From Patescibacteria group bacterium (GTDB lineage: Bacteria > Patescibacteriota > Patescibacteriia > PEXW01), in NCBI GenBank assembly GCA_041665345.1, contig JBAYJA010000003.1, positions 39,202-103,201 on the forward strand: a DNA stretch of 64,000 bases, in the 5' to 3' direction. The notes below the pieces were generated by a model. It was given only the letters and a program-made list of their open reading frames with translations. It did no database searches and had not been told where the DNA came from. The position numbers and the translations under genes were made by a program. Positions 28,442-37,372 of this stretch are shown here, piece after piece; the first letter of the stretch is position 1; every line of letters starts with the position of its first letter.

Positions 28442-28798
28442 TTATAGTTTATTTTTTGTATAGCTGCATGATGGGTAATTAGCGCATCCCCAAAATGCAC
28501 CATACCGCCCGCTTCTTGGTATCAACGTACCTCCGTCATTTGGGCATTTTAGTCGGTTATCATTTTTCTCAAGCAGCATTTGATGAATAAATCCTCTGCC
28601 CTTAACTTTTTCATTGACCTCGTCCGGCATGATAGATGGCCCGAGTTGAACAATTTCTGAAACTAAAGTGGCTGTGTCTAAATTACCAGCAACCTCAAAA
28701 GCAGCTTGATCTCGAAGCTTTTGACGATGTTTGTCAACGAAATGTTTAACAACACTCCAAATTATAATTATGGCTACAATTGCCCAAAATACGTACAT
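28442..28798 (-). CDS. Membrane-anchored protein with a topoisomerase-type C4 zinc ribbon
   Basis: N-terminal TM helix; KCPNDGGTLIPRSGRYGAFWGCANYPSC. Confidence 0.85.
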   Translation of the reverse strand: MYVFWAIVAIIIIWSVVKHFVDKHRQKLRDQAAFEVAGNLDTATLVSEIVQLGPSIMPDEVNEKVKGRGFIHQMLLEKNDNRLKCPNDGGTLIPRSGRYGAFWGCANYPSCSYTKNKL

Positions 28799-28859
28799 AT
28801 TCTAATTATACGCTTAAAACAATTATCTGTGATGATTGCTGTATTATATTCGCGCTAGC

Positions 28860-29111
28860 CTAGATTCCTATAATGGCCGCCTTAACATCTCCCCGCTTTT
28901 TTCCCCAGCCTTTCCAAGATAATCCTTTTTTACCCTTTCGTTTAGTTCTTTGAGCTTTTAGTTCTTCGGTTGCTAAATCTCTAAGGGATCTCATTGTAGG
29001 GTCGTCCCCATCATCCTTTATGCTTTCTTGGATGCCACGATTCAGCGCTTTAGTAAACCTTTGGCCCCAGTTTGTACTAGGTCTTCTAGATTTTTTAACA
29101 CTTTTTTTCAT
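28860..29111 (-). CDS. Small basic hypothetical protein
   Basis: 83-aa Lys/Arg-rich ORF, 11 nt downstream of 29123-29494. Confidence 0.55.
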   Translation of the reverse strand: MKKSVKKSRRPSTNWGQRFTKALNRGIQESIKDDGDDPTMRSLRDLATEELKAQRTKRKGKKGLSWKGWGKKRGDVKAAIIGI

Positions 29112-29122
29112 AATGATTCAAA

Positions 29123-29494
29123 CTAAGAAAATAACTTATATATTAAACCCATAAATAACCAAAAACATGGGATTGCTAAACCAAAAATTGTTATCCATCC
29201 GTGATAGTAAGTTGAGATTGCGCGACCATCAACATTTTCAGACGCTGCTGATTTCCAGAAATATGTTAATTTCTTATTGTGAAGGCTTCCGATTAACCAA
29301 AATGCTGTTACGTAAATGACGCCGAGTGTTAAGCCAGTGCTACCATATTGCCAAATTATACTGCCACCAATTAGCAATGTGGCCAAAGTTTCTTGAGTTT
29401 CCTTTTTCTTTACATGGCTACGCCATAGGAGTAAATATCCTAAAACTCCAGTTATTGAAATTATGAAAAAGTTTGCAATTATATTCCAATCCAT
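29123..29494 (-). CDS. Small 4-TM membrane protein
   Basis: ATG 29494 (MDWNII..); four hydrophobic segments; start lies immediately downstream of an antisense target repeat. Confidence 0.65.
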   Translation of the reverse strand: MDWNIIANFFIISITGVLGYLLLWRSHVKKKETQETLATLLIGGSIIWQYGSTGLTLGVIYVTAFWLIGSLHNKKLTYFWKSAASENVDGRAISTYYHGWITIFGLAIPCFWLFMGLIYKLFS

Positions 29495-29526
29495 ATCTCT
29501 GAACGGTTTTATCTGGTAGAAAGCAC

Positions 29527-29611
29527 AAAGCCCCCCGCCAGCGATGACCTTTCGGCCACCCATACCCCTTTCGGAGCATGACCGTTCAGAGTGCTCTGGA
29601 CGAGGAGCTTT
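29527..29611 (-). ncRNA. Candidate C4/CI-like antisense RNA (outer stem plus two GAAA-tetraloop hairpins)
   Basis: Minus strand AAAGCTCCTCGTCCAG pairs with CTGGCGGGGGGCTTT, enclosing CTCTGAACGGT, CATGCTCC-GAAA-GGGGTATG and GGTGGCC-GAAA-GGTCATC. Complementary targets lie at 29497-29510 and 29615-29628. Confidence 0.7.
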
Positions 29612-29738
29612 ATACTCTGAACGGTTTTGTTGCCATGCCCTAGCAAAGCTAAGGTTTAGGCGATAAAATTAAATTGCTAGTATTTATACTTCAATTGCTT
29701 GATAATTAGAGTGAAACATATCAATTTTACTCGAAAAA

Positions 29739-30557
29739 ATGATAAATGTAAAGGATAATCCGAGTCTTTCAAAGGCGTATTATCGGTGGTTACGAAGAAA
29801 AAAGACCGTGGATTTTGATGTTCTACGTAGTGGATTTTTGAATGCGAATAAAACGTATCTCCATCAAATCAAGTCGTGTATAAATGATGATAAGTTTCAT
29901 AGCATTATGTCAGTTGGAATGGAAGTCGCAGCGTTCTTTAATGCAAACAGAGCGTATTCGGGCTATGAAACTTTAGTAGAAAAAAACATTCTCCCAAAAA
30001 AGGTTTTTAAAATAAAACCACTGACTGAGACATCAGAGGACTTTGCAAATCATTTAATCAATAAATACCATTTGTCAGAAACTACGCTTAGAGAACTCTC
30101 CGAAATTGCGTTTAAGTATCTTCGATCGATTCTTTCAAAGACGAAAAACGGTATACTTCCTTTAGAAAAGGCGAGGTCAGTACAATTCATAAACAATTGC
30201 ATCGATAGATATTTCCCGATTTTAATCCGTTATCTTAAAAAGAAGTACAAATTAAAAAAACTTATATATCTTCGCAAGATAAATAGTCACACATGTAACA
30301 CAGCATGTCCTCGTTGTGGCAAACTTTTGATACGGACGAAAATATATGAACGATGTACAAGGACAGAGAACCGGCATTGCCAAATGGGTTCTAACGCACT
30401 CAGAAGAGGAAGGAAAAAAGATGACAAAAGCTTTGTTGGTAGTTGTAGTTGTTGTGGGGTGTTTTCCCCTTTACTCAAAAGCCACGTATTAAGTGGCGAA
30501 CAACTGCTTTTTTGCAGCCAAAGGTGTTATGAAAGAGTAAGAAAAAAACTTCACTAA
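29739..30557 (+). CDS. Hypothetical basic protein with Cys-rich (zinc-finger-like) C-terminus
   Basis: CPRCGK, C..C, CSCCG, FCSQRC; terminator GCCCATAATGGGCTTTTTTT follows. Confidence 0.7.
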   Translation: MINVKDNPSLSKAYYRWLRRKKTVDFDVLRSGFLNANKTYLHQIKSCINDDKFHSIMSVGMEVAAFFNANRAYSGYETLVEKNILPKKVFKIKPLTETSEDFANHLINKYHLSETTLRELSEIAFKYLRSILSKTKNGILPLEKARSVQFINNCIDRYFPILIRYLKKKYKLKKLIYLRKINSHTCNTACPRCGKLLIRTKIYERCTRTENRHCQMGSNALRRGRKKDDKSFVGSCSCCGVFSPLLKSHVLSGEQLLFCSQRCYERVRKKLH

Positions 30558-30860
30558 TTTTAAGTAAAGCTGAATTGGCCCATAATGGGCTTTTTTTGTT
30601 TCCCATTTAATTATGTCCAAAAAGCTGGGGATAAGTTAGCGCGTGCATAATCAAAATGTCGCGAGGAGCACACTCACAGTGCTCAAAGGGCGACAGTAAA
30701 TAAATCCTTTGAAGATTGTGAGCTACGCCTCTAGACCAGCTCGCCAAACGGTGATGATAAGCAGTCTCATAGTACTAGCAGTAAATACTATAAGACTACT
30801 ATCACCGGCGGCAGACTGGGGAGAGGGAAGGTGCCTTAAGTAACTAATCCGGTGGGTAAT

Positions 30861-31043
30861 ATGTCAACTAAGCGACAAGAAGCAAACCAGACAAAGCAGA
30901 TCAGGGTTGCAAAAGGTAACCATAAAGGGTTGAAGATTTTTGCCGCTCGCGAAGGAATGCCAATGATGGCCTTAGCAGATCAAATTATCAGCCAATATCT
31001 TTACGAAACATATCGCTGGCCAGAATACCATGTTGACGATTAA
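30861..31043 (+). CDS. Small ribbon-helix-helix-like DNA-binding protein
   Basis: TKQIRVAKGNHKGLKIFAAREGMPMMALADQII has a beta-alpha-alpha pattern. Confidence 0.6.
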   Translation: MSTKRQEANQTKQIRVAKGNHKGLKIFAAREGMPMMALADQIISQYLYETYRWPEYHVDD

Positions 31044-31221
31044 ACAGTGTAGACAAATTGAGCCAAGCCTTTCTGAACTTTCTGATGAGGAAATTGTTCA
31101 TCTTCGTGATTCTATGTATGAACTAGCCACTCTGGCTTTTGAATCCACTCAAAAACAAGGGGGTGTTTCCAAAAATCCCACTTGGGTAATGCCAACTTTT
31201 AAAGAAGACGCTAATATATAA
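31030..31221 (+). CDS. Small acidic protein upstream of the recombinase (possible directionality factor)
   Basis: 63 aa, LSDEEIVHLRDSMYELA; overlaps the previous ORF and ends 5 nt before the recombinase. Confidence 0.6.
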   Translation: MLTIKQCRQIEPSLSELSDEEIVHLRDSMYELATLAFESTQKQGGVSKNPTWVMPTFKEDANI

Positions 31222-31226
31222 ATGCG

Positions 31227-32756
31227 ATGACTACTAAAGAACAAAATATCAAACGAGGAGTTATATACGTTCGTGTTTCCTCAAAAGATCAGGTAGATAA
31301 CACCAGCCTTGAATCTCAGGAAAAGGCCTGTGGGGAGTATTGCCTTCGAAACCATATTGAAGTTGTTAAAGTTTTTATTGAACAAGGTGAATCCGCAAAG
31401 AGTGCAGATCGGACAGAGTTTAATAAGGCAATCCAATTTTGTGGCATCCAAAAAAATAACATTGGGTATTTTGTTGTTTACAAACTTGACCGCTTTGCTC
31501 GAAATCAAGAAGACCATGTGACTGTTCGGGCATTGTTAAAAAAGTATGGCGCTGAGCTGAAGTCGGCAACTGAACCGATCAATGATTCGCCAATAGGAAA
31601 AGCGATGGAAGGTATGCTTTCAGTTTTTGCAGAGTTTGATAACAATGTTCGTACTGAACGAACACGGGGAGGAATGCTTGAAAGAATTCGACAAGGGGCT
31701 TGGGTTTGGTCTGCGCCGCTTGGATATAAACGTGTGGGCGGGGTAAAAAATATCTCGCCGGATGAATTAACTGCGCCACATATAAAACAAATCTTCAATT
31801 TGTACGCAAAAGGCATATACACGTATAAGGCAATTGCTAATTTAATGGACACGGCTGGAATGCGCACGAGGTATGGCAAGCGCCCACGCGCTCAGCTGAT
31901 TGAGAAGATACTACGCAATCCAATTTATTACGGTCACATAGAGGCGTTTGGTGAAGAACACAAAGGTAGTTTCCCGCCATTGATTAGTGAAGAGCTTTAC
32001 TTAAGTTGTCAGCCAAACAGCAAGAACTTAAAAGGCCACGCGGCACCTCGATCGGCAAATAACCCCATGTATCCGCTTAGAGGAGTTGTAGTGTGCGAAG
32101 AGTGCGGCACGAGTTTTACAGGAAGTACTTCTACAGGGCGTGCCAGTCAACGATATTCCTATTATCATCATTACAAAAAAAGTTGTTCTAAAGCCAAGAG
32201 CATCCCTCGCGAATCTTTTGAACAAGAGTTCGTAGAGTATTTGGAGTCAATTACGCCAAGCCTAAAATACGAAAAATGGTTTAAGGCAATAGTTATCGAT
32301 ATTTGGCAAAATAACTACAAAAACATTAGCTCACAAAATCAGAAAGCGAGATTAGAGCTTACACGACTTGAGGCTGAGAGAGATCGTGTATTTACCATGA
32401 TGCGTCAAGGCAAGCTAACTGATGACGAGTTTAGTGAACAAAAAAATGCCGTCAATTTACAAATAGCGAATAAATACCAGCAGCTGAATGAAAAGCAGTA
32501 TGAGGGCTTAGACATGGAGAAAACTTTAGACGCCTGTTTTAGCTTTGTTCGAAACACAGCAAAAACCTGGCGCGAGGCCGATTATGCTGGGCGATTACAA
32601 TTCCAGAAACTTGTTTTTCAAGATAAGCTCCAATTTAATGGGAAGAGGTTTGGAAACGCCAAATTGTCCCCAATCTACGAGATGAATAGGATGTTTGACG
32701 GGAATAAATCTAGCTTGGTAGCCCCACGGGGAATCGAACCCCGATTACCGGCTTGA
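31227..32756 (+). CDS. Large serine recombinase (resolvase, recombinase, zinc-ribbon and coiled-coil domains)
   Basis: YVRVSS catalytic Ser, SLESQ, YKLDRFARN, APLGY, ILRNPIYYG, CEECG; last codons overlap tRNA-Glu antisense. Confidence 0.95.
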   Translation: MTTKEQNIKRGVIYVRVSSKDQVDNTSLESQEKACGEYCLRNHIEVVKVFIEQGESAKSADRTEFNKAIQFCGIQKNNIGYFVVYKLDRFARNQEDHVTVRALLKKYGAELKSATEPINDSPIGKAMEGMLSVFAEFDNNVRTERTRGGMLERIRQGAWVWSAPLGYKRVGGVKNISPDELTAPHIKQIFNLYAKGIYTYKAIANLMDTAGMRTRYGKRPRAQLIEKILRNPIYYGHIEAFGEEHKGSFPPLISEELYLSCQPNSKNLKGHAAPRSANNPMYPLRGVVVCEECGTSFTGSTSTGRASQRYSYYHHYKKSCSKAKSIPRESFEQEFVEYLESITPSLKYEKWFKAIVIDIWQNNYKNISSQNQKARLELTRLEAERDRVFTMMRQGKLTDDEFSEQKNAVNLQIANKYQQLNEKQYEGLDMEKTLDACFSFVRNTAKTWREADYAGRLQFQKLVFQDKLQFNGKRFGNAKLSPIYEMNRMFDGNKSSLVAPRGIEPRLPA

Positions 32757-32790
32757 AAAGCCGATGTCCTAACCGTTAGACGATAGGGCC
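32716..32790 (-). tRNA. tRNA-Glu (TTC)
   Basis: GGCCCTATCGTCTAACGGTTAGGACATCGGCTTTTCAAGCCGGTAATCGGGGTTCGATTCCCCGTGGGGCTACCA: cloverleaf, TTC anticodon, GTTCGA T-loop, CCA end; promoter TTGACC-17-TAGGTT upstream. Confidence 0.97.
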
Positions 32791-32930
32791 GTGATACAGC
32801 AACCTATAACGAATAATACCTGCGGTCAAGGGTTTTGCCTAGGACTTGATGGGTTACTTACCCCCGGCGAAAAGTTTTCTGCATTTAGGCTTGCGCGTCT
32901 TCGAACGAGCATTAAACCCCGCCTCCCTCT

Positions 32931-34298
32931 TTACTTGAACCCGAAGAGTGGTGGGAAGAGGAAGATGACAAGGGAAGCCCAGGCTGCATAGACCGGTATG
33001 TAGTTCGTTTGCCATCGCTCAATGTGCGCGAACGTCCCCCGCCCGCGGAGGAAACGCACGTACAGCACGGTTGACCACGCAAGATTGACGAGCAAGATAA
33101 AATTTTCGCCCAAGGCCGCAACCCGGTTTGGGCTAAAGCCGAATTCAGAGATGCGCGAGGCAATTGCCCACAGTGCCACTGCATCGGCCAAGAGGGCGCT
33201 CACCAGCAGGACCACTTGCAAGACATCAAAGGCGTTGCGAGGGGCCAGCGGGGCGCGGGCGGAGATGGAGTAGACCAGCAAGCCAAGGACGACCACTAAG
33301 AGCAAATCGAAGGCAATGAGGATGTTGCGGTCAACGTCTATGCCATGGCCTGACACCACGATGGTGACCAGGAACACCACCAAGACGATGGCGAAGAGGG
33401 GCGTGAACAGCCGGGTTAACACTGGCGCCATGTTTTCAATCACACTCTGCTTCGCTTCCACCAACCACGAGCCAATGATAACCGCTCCCGCTGCACCGCA
33501 CGGGATAATCCAGGTGCCAACAATTGGCTCTACATTGAAACCGATTGACTGAAAAATCGCAAAGAGAAAGCCAGTGAGCACGCCGCCACCCAAGGCAATG
33601 AGCACGTAGTAAATGAGCAGCTCGCCTGTGTAGCGGATGAAGTCCATGCGGCCGGCAACGTCACGCCAGCGTTTTCCGGCATAGGCCAGACCCACAATGA
33701 GCCACATTGCAATGGGCACGTGCAAGCTGGTGAGAGCTTCGGTGGAGCCGCCGGCCAGGAAAGGGTAGGCGTTCGCACCTATCGCACCAATGACAAACCC
33801 AATAGCCGCGGGAATGATCGTCTGACGAGAGACGCCCCGCTTCCAGATGAAGTAGGCAGCCAAGATGGGCAGGACGAAGAAGCTGATATTCCGCATGTAG
33901 AAACTTTCATCATGCTCAATATCCAGGCCGAAGATCGTCGGAAGCTTCACCAGTAAGCCCGCGACTATCGCCAAGCCAAAAGCGACGGCTGTTTCTCTGC
34001 GGCTCCCCCGCTTGGAGTGCTCTGCATCCGGAGAAGTGAGCACGAGCTGCTTCCACAGCCGATCCGAATGCTCCCGGGCGAATTCTTTGGACAGTGCATC
34101 CAGATTCCCCATCCGCTTGACGGCAATCAGAAACGCTTCATCCGCAGCTAAGCCGGCATCGGTCAGCCCGGTGATGTGCTCGCGCAGATGGTCTTCCAGT
34201 TCGGCCACGTCGGTTGCCTGGATAACTTGGTGGCGCTGGAGGAAGTTTCGCCACTGATTGATTTGCTCCTCAAGCTGTTCGGTCTGGGGTGTTGGCAT
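32931..34298 (-). CDS. Multi-TM membrane protein with an N-terminal 'permease prefix' domain
   Basis: ELEDHL..GLAADEAFLIAVKRMG, typical of PadR-linked membrane partners; about 11 TM helices. Confidence 0.85.
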   Translation of the reverse strand: MPTPQTEQLEEQINQWRNFLQRHQVIQATDVAELEDHLREHITGLTDAGLAADEAFLIAVKRMGNLDALSKEFAREHSDRLWKQLVLTSPDAEHSKRGSRRETAVAFGLAIVAGLLVKLPTIFGLDIEHDESFYMRNISFFVLPILAAYFIWKRGVSRQTIIPAAIGFVIGAIGANAYPFLAGGSTEALTSLHVPIAMWLIVGLAYAGKRWRDVAGRMDFIRYTGELLIYYVLIALGGGVLTGFLFAIFQSIGFNVEPIVGTWIIPCGAAGAVIIGSWLVEAKQSVIENMAPVLTRLFTPLFAIVLVVFLVTIVVSGHGIDVDRNILIAFDLLLVVVLGLLVYSISARAPLAPRNAFDVLQVVLLVSALLADAVALWAIASRISEFGFSPNRVAALGENFILLVNLAWSTVLYVRFLRGRGTFAHIERWQTNYIPVYAAWASLVIFLFPPLFGFK

Positions 34299-34307
34299 AT
34301 GCGTTGC

Positions 34308-34667
34308 TTAGACTACGGCTGCAGGGTGAAATGATTGGAGCAGCGTGGAACCGATTCCCCGAATTGTCGCTTCAACTGCCCGCCACTGCTCAAGTTCTTC
34401 CGCCAGCTGCGTTTTACCACTGGCGGTGATGCGGTAGTACTTCCGCTTCCGTCCATTCTCCGCGGCTTTCCACTGCCCTTCAATAAATCCCAGCCGCTCC
34501 AGGCGATGCAGGACGGGGTAGAGCATGCCGTCGGTCCAGGTGATTTGGCGGGCAGAAGCTTCCTGCACCTGTTTGAGGATTGCGTAGCCGTAATTCTCCT
34601 GCTGTACCAAAGTGGCAAGGACAATTGGGGTAGAAGAGGCGGCAATCAGGTCTTTGTTAATCTCCAT
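34308..34667 (-). CDS. PadR-family transcriptional regulator
   Basis: YGYAI, GMLYPVLHRLE, RKRKYYRITASG. Confidence 0.95.
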   Translation of the reverse strand: MEINKDLIAASSTPIVLATLVQQENYGYAILKQVQEASARQITWTDGMLYPVLHRLERLGFIEGQWKAAENGRKRKYYRITASGKTQLAEELEQWRAVEATIRGIGSTLLQSFHPAAVV

Positions 34668-34705
34668 ACGTTCCCAAGATGCGTTAGGTAATCAAACGTG
34701 ATTCC

Positions 34706-34734
34706 ACTATACATAGCACATCTATGTATGTAAA
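34706..34734 (-). promoter_or_regulatory. padR promoter with an overlapping palindromic operator
   Basis: Minus strand TTTACA-17-TATAGT; inverted repeat ATACATAG-N5-CTATGTAT (34709-34729) fills the spacer. Confidence 0.7.
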
Positions 34735-34939
34735 GACCCACAAAACCGGGGTAATGGAATTGAATCTCTGTTTTTGCTACGACGGAAAAGGCTTTTCTGA
34801 TCTGCATCCCCCACTTGTTGCAAGCCATAACCCTTACCAGCAGCTGTTCACAATTGAGTGATTCCAATTTGACAAATCCGCTAAAAATAGGCAAGATATC
34901 AGGCCATGCCCAAACGTTTTTTGCTCGTTTCGATCCAAT

Positions 34940-37315
34940 ATGATTTTCTACAGTTCCGGACGCCTTCGGAAGCTGATTTTTCGTGGAATGGTAGTTGTTG
35001 TCTTGGCAAGTGCCGTGGTCACCACAACCTTTTTTTCCTACGGACTGCTCTCCGCTTCGCGCCCGCCCGCCCAAATTAATATCAACTACTACTACAACAA
35101 CGTAGGATCTTCAAAGGTCCTGGCGTTAACTTTTGACGATGGCCCGTTTCCTGGCCGCACCGAGGCAATCATGGACGTGCTGGAGAAAGAAAAAGTACCT
35201 GCCACTTTTTTCTTCATTGGCTCGCGTGCGCTGCGGTATCCAGATTTGGTGAAGCAGGTTGCAGAGCGGGGTTTTGAAATTGGGAATCACAGCTTCACGC
35301 ACGCCCCGTCGGTCCACGCTGCGCCCTGGCGGCTGCGGCTGGAGCTCAACCTAGCCGCGACAATGATTGAGTCGGTGACCGGCCAACCCATTCGTTTGTA
35401 TCGCCCACCTTTTCTCCTGGACATTGGCAGCGACCCCACCACGACATTTCCGGGGTCACGCCCAGAACTTGCTTGGGCCGTGCAAGATGGGTACGTGGTC
35501 GTGGGCGCAGATGTTGATCCCAAAGACTGGCTGGCAACGTCATCCAAAGACATTGTGGAGGATTTGGTGAAGCAGCTGGAGAACGGCGGCCACATTATCC
35601 TCCTCCATGATGGGAGCAGCGAGCACCACACCGTGGAAGCTTTGCCTGGGATGATTAAAGAATTACGAAAGCGGGGGTATACCTTCGCCACGGCGTCCGA
35701 CCTGCTGGGCCTGGATGCGGCAAAGAAAATGGTTATCACCCATGACTTGAAACTGGGCGCCGTGGATGCGAAGACGCAGGGCTCGGTGACTGCCTTGCAA
35801 GAATTTTTGATCATGACCGGCTTTCCCATTGTTGACCAGGGCGGCGTCTACGGGCCTTCAACGCAGCGTGCAGTGGCAACGTGGCAAGGCCAACGTAACG
35901 TGGGAGACACAAGTGGCCAAGTGAACCTCCCTACCCGCTTGGCCATTGTGCAGGCACTGGAGGAGACCACCTACCAACCCCTACCCCCCAGTAAGCTGAA
36001 TGACGTTTTTCTCTTCACCCAAGCAACCCGGCTGTACATGTGGATTGCACCGTACTTTGCCACGGGCATTGTGTGGATTGTGAAGAGCGTGCTACTCCTG
36101 GTAGCCATTCGGCTGTTCTTCGCTTTGCTCCTCCGCGGGTACGCCGTGTGGAAAGCGAAGGCCAAGCACGAGCAGTGGAAAGGATTGGTATCGGTTATCA
36201 TTCCGGCGTACAACGAGGAAGAGAATATTGGCGCGACGGTGAAAAGCGTCCTCCGGAATACGTATAGGAATATCCAGGTACTGGTGATCAATGACGGTTC
36301 CAAAGATAACACGGAGAAAATTGTGCAGCAGTTGGTGAAGCAACACCCCAAGCGTTTGCAACTGCTGACCATTGAGAATGGCGGAAAAGCGCAAGCGCTG
36401 AATTATGGTTTTGCGCGGGCGCAGAGTGACGTTGTGGTCACCTTGGATGGTGACACGATTTTTGATCGGGAGACAATTACCAACATGGTGCAGCATTTTC
36501 GTGATCCTAATGTGGGCGCGGTGGCGGGGAAAGTGTGCACCACGCGGTCACGAAATATCCTCAATCTCTTCCAAGCGGCGGAGTACGTCATTTCCCAAAA
36601 CATGGATAAGCAAGGCTTCAATACCATTAATGCCGTGGGAATTGTGCCGGGTCCGGTTGGGGCTTGGCGAAAATCTTTCGTGCTGGCGGCAGGCGGGTAC
36701 AGTGTTGATACGTTGGTGGAAGACCAAGACCTTACCCTGGCGCTGCTGGCTGCCGGCCACCGGGTAGTGTACGAACCCCAGGCCCGGGCGTACAGCGAGA
36801 CGCCGTACCATGTCAAAGACTTTGCCAAGCAGCGGTTCCGCTGGATTTTTGGCACGGTCCAGTGCCTGTGGAAGTACAAGCGCTACACGTTTAGTTTCCG
36901 TCGGCCGGCGTTGGGCTGGGCTGTGCTGCCAAACACTTTTTTCTTTACGGTGGTGCTGCCGTTGCTCATCCCGCTCATGGATATCTTGCTCATCCTGGCG
37001 CTGGTGACCGGCTTTGGTCGTTCCACCTTCTTGCTCTACCTCATTTTTGTGGGCGTGGATTTTACCTATGCCGCGTTGGCCTTCTGGCAAGAGAATAGAC
37101 GGCGTTGGCTACTACTCCTGCTCCCCGTGCAACGCATTTTCTACCGCGTTCTCATTTTCCTGGTGGTGGCGCGCAGCGTGATTAAAGCAATTGAAGGTGC
37201 CGCACCAAATTGGAATAAAGTGCGGAAGCGGGGTGACGTGCACACCTACCACTTGCAGCTTCTGCAGGAAGCAAAGGTGAAAGTGTCAGTCGATAGCATT
37301 CACCACGAGACATAA
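34940..37315 (+). CDS. Fusion: CE4 polysaccharide deacetylase + peptidoglycan-binding-like domain + GT2 processive glycosyltransferase (PgaC/IcaA-like)
   Basis: LTFDDGP, GNHSFTH, YRPPF, ILLHD; SVTALQEFL..GVYGPSTQRAVATWQ; IIPAYNEE, DGSKD, GGKA, DGD, VEDQD, QRFRW. Confidence 0.92.
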   Translation: MIFYSSGRLRKLIFRGMVVVVLASAVVTTTFFSYGLLSASRPPAQININYYYNNVGSSKVLALTFDDGPFPGRTEAIMDVLEKEKVPATFFFIGSRALRYPDLVKQVAERGFEIGNHSFTHAPSVHAAPWRLRLELNLAATMIESVTGQPIRLYRPPFLLDIGSDPTTTFPGSRPELAWAVQDGYVVVGADVDPKDWLATSSKDIVEDLVKQLENGGHIILLHDGSSEHHTVEALPGMIKELRKRGYTFATASDLLGLDAAKKMVITHDLKLGAVDAKTQGSVTALQEFLIMTGFPIVDQGGVYGPSTQRAVATWQGQRNVGDTSGQVNLPTRLAIVQALEETTYQPLPPSKLNDVFLFTQATRLYMWIAPYFATGIVWIVKSVLLLVAIRLFFALLLRGYAVWKAKAKHEQWKGLVSVIIPAYNEEENIGATVKSVLRNTYRNIQVLVINDGSKDNTEKIVQQLVKQHPKRLQLLTIENGGKAQALNYGFARAQSDVVVTLDGDTIFDRETITNMVQHFRDPNVGAVAGKVCTTRSRNILNLFQAAEYVISQNMDKQGFNTINAVGIVPGPVGAWRKSFVLAAGGYSVDTLVEDQDLTLALLAAGHRVVYEPQARAYSETPYHVKDFAKQRFRWIFGTVQCLWKYKRYTFSFRRPALGWAVLPNTFFFTVVLPLLIPLMDILLILALVTGFGRSTFLLYLIFVGVDFTYAALAFWQENRRRWLLLLLPVQRIFYRVLIFLVVARSVIKAIEGAAPNWNKVRKRGDVHTYHLQLLQEAKVKVSVDSIHHET

Positions 37316-37372
37316 AAAAACCGCCCGCACCTTTCGGTGCTGGTGGTTTTTGCCGTTGCTACCCTGAAATTA

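Larger units (their letters stand above)
24467..32724. mobile_element. Serine-recombinase integrative island in the 3' end of tRNA-Glu
   Basis: TGGTAGCCC at 24467-24475 and 32716-32724 (tRNA 3' end); abrupt AT-rich composition; recombinase abuts the tRNA. Confidence 0.8.

Noticed and set aside
30655-30830. Retron msr-msd
   Set aside because: No reverse transcriptase in the island or window; retained only as an unexplained hairpin.
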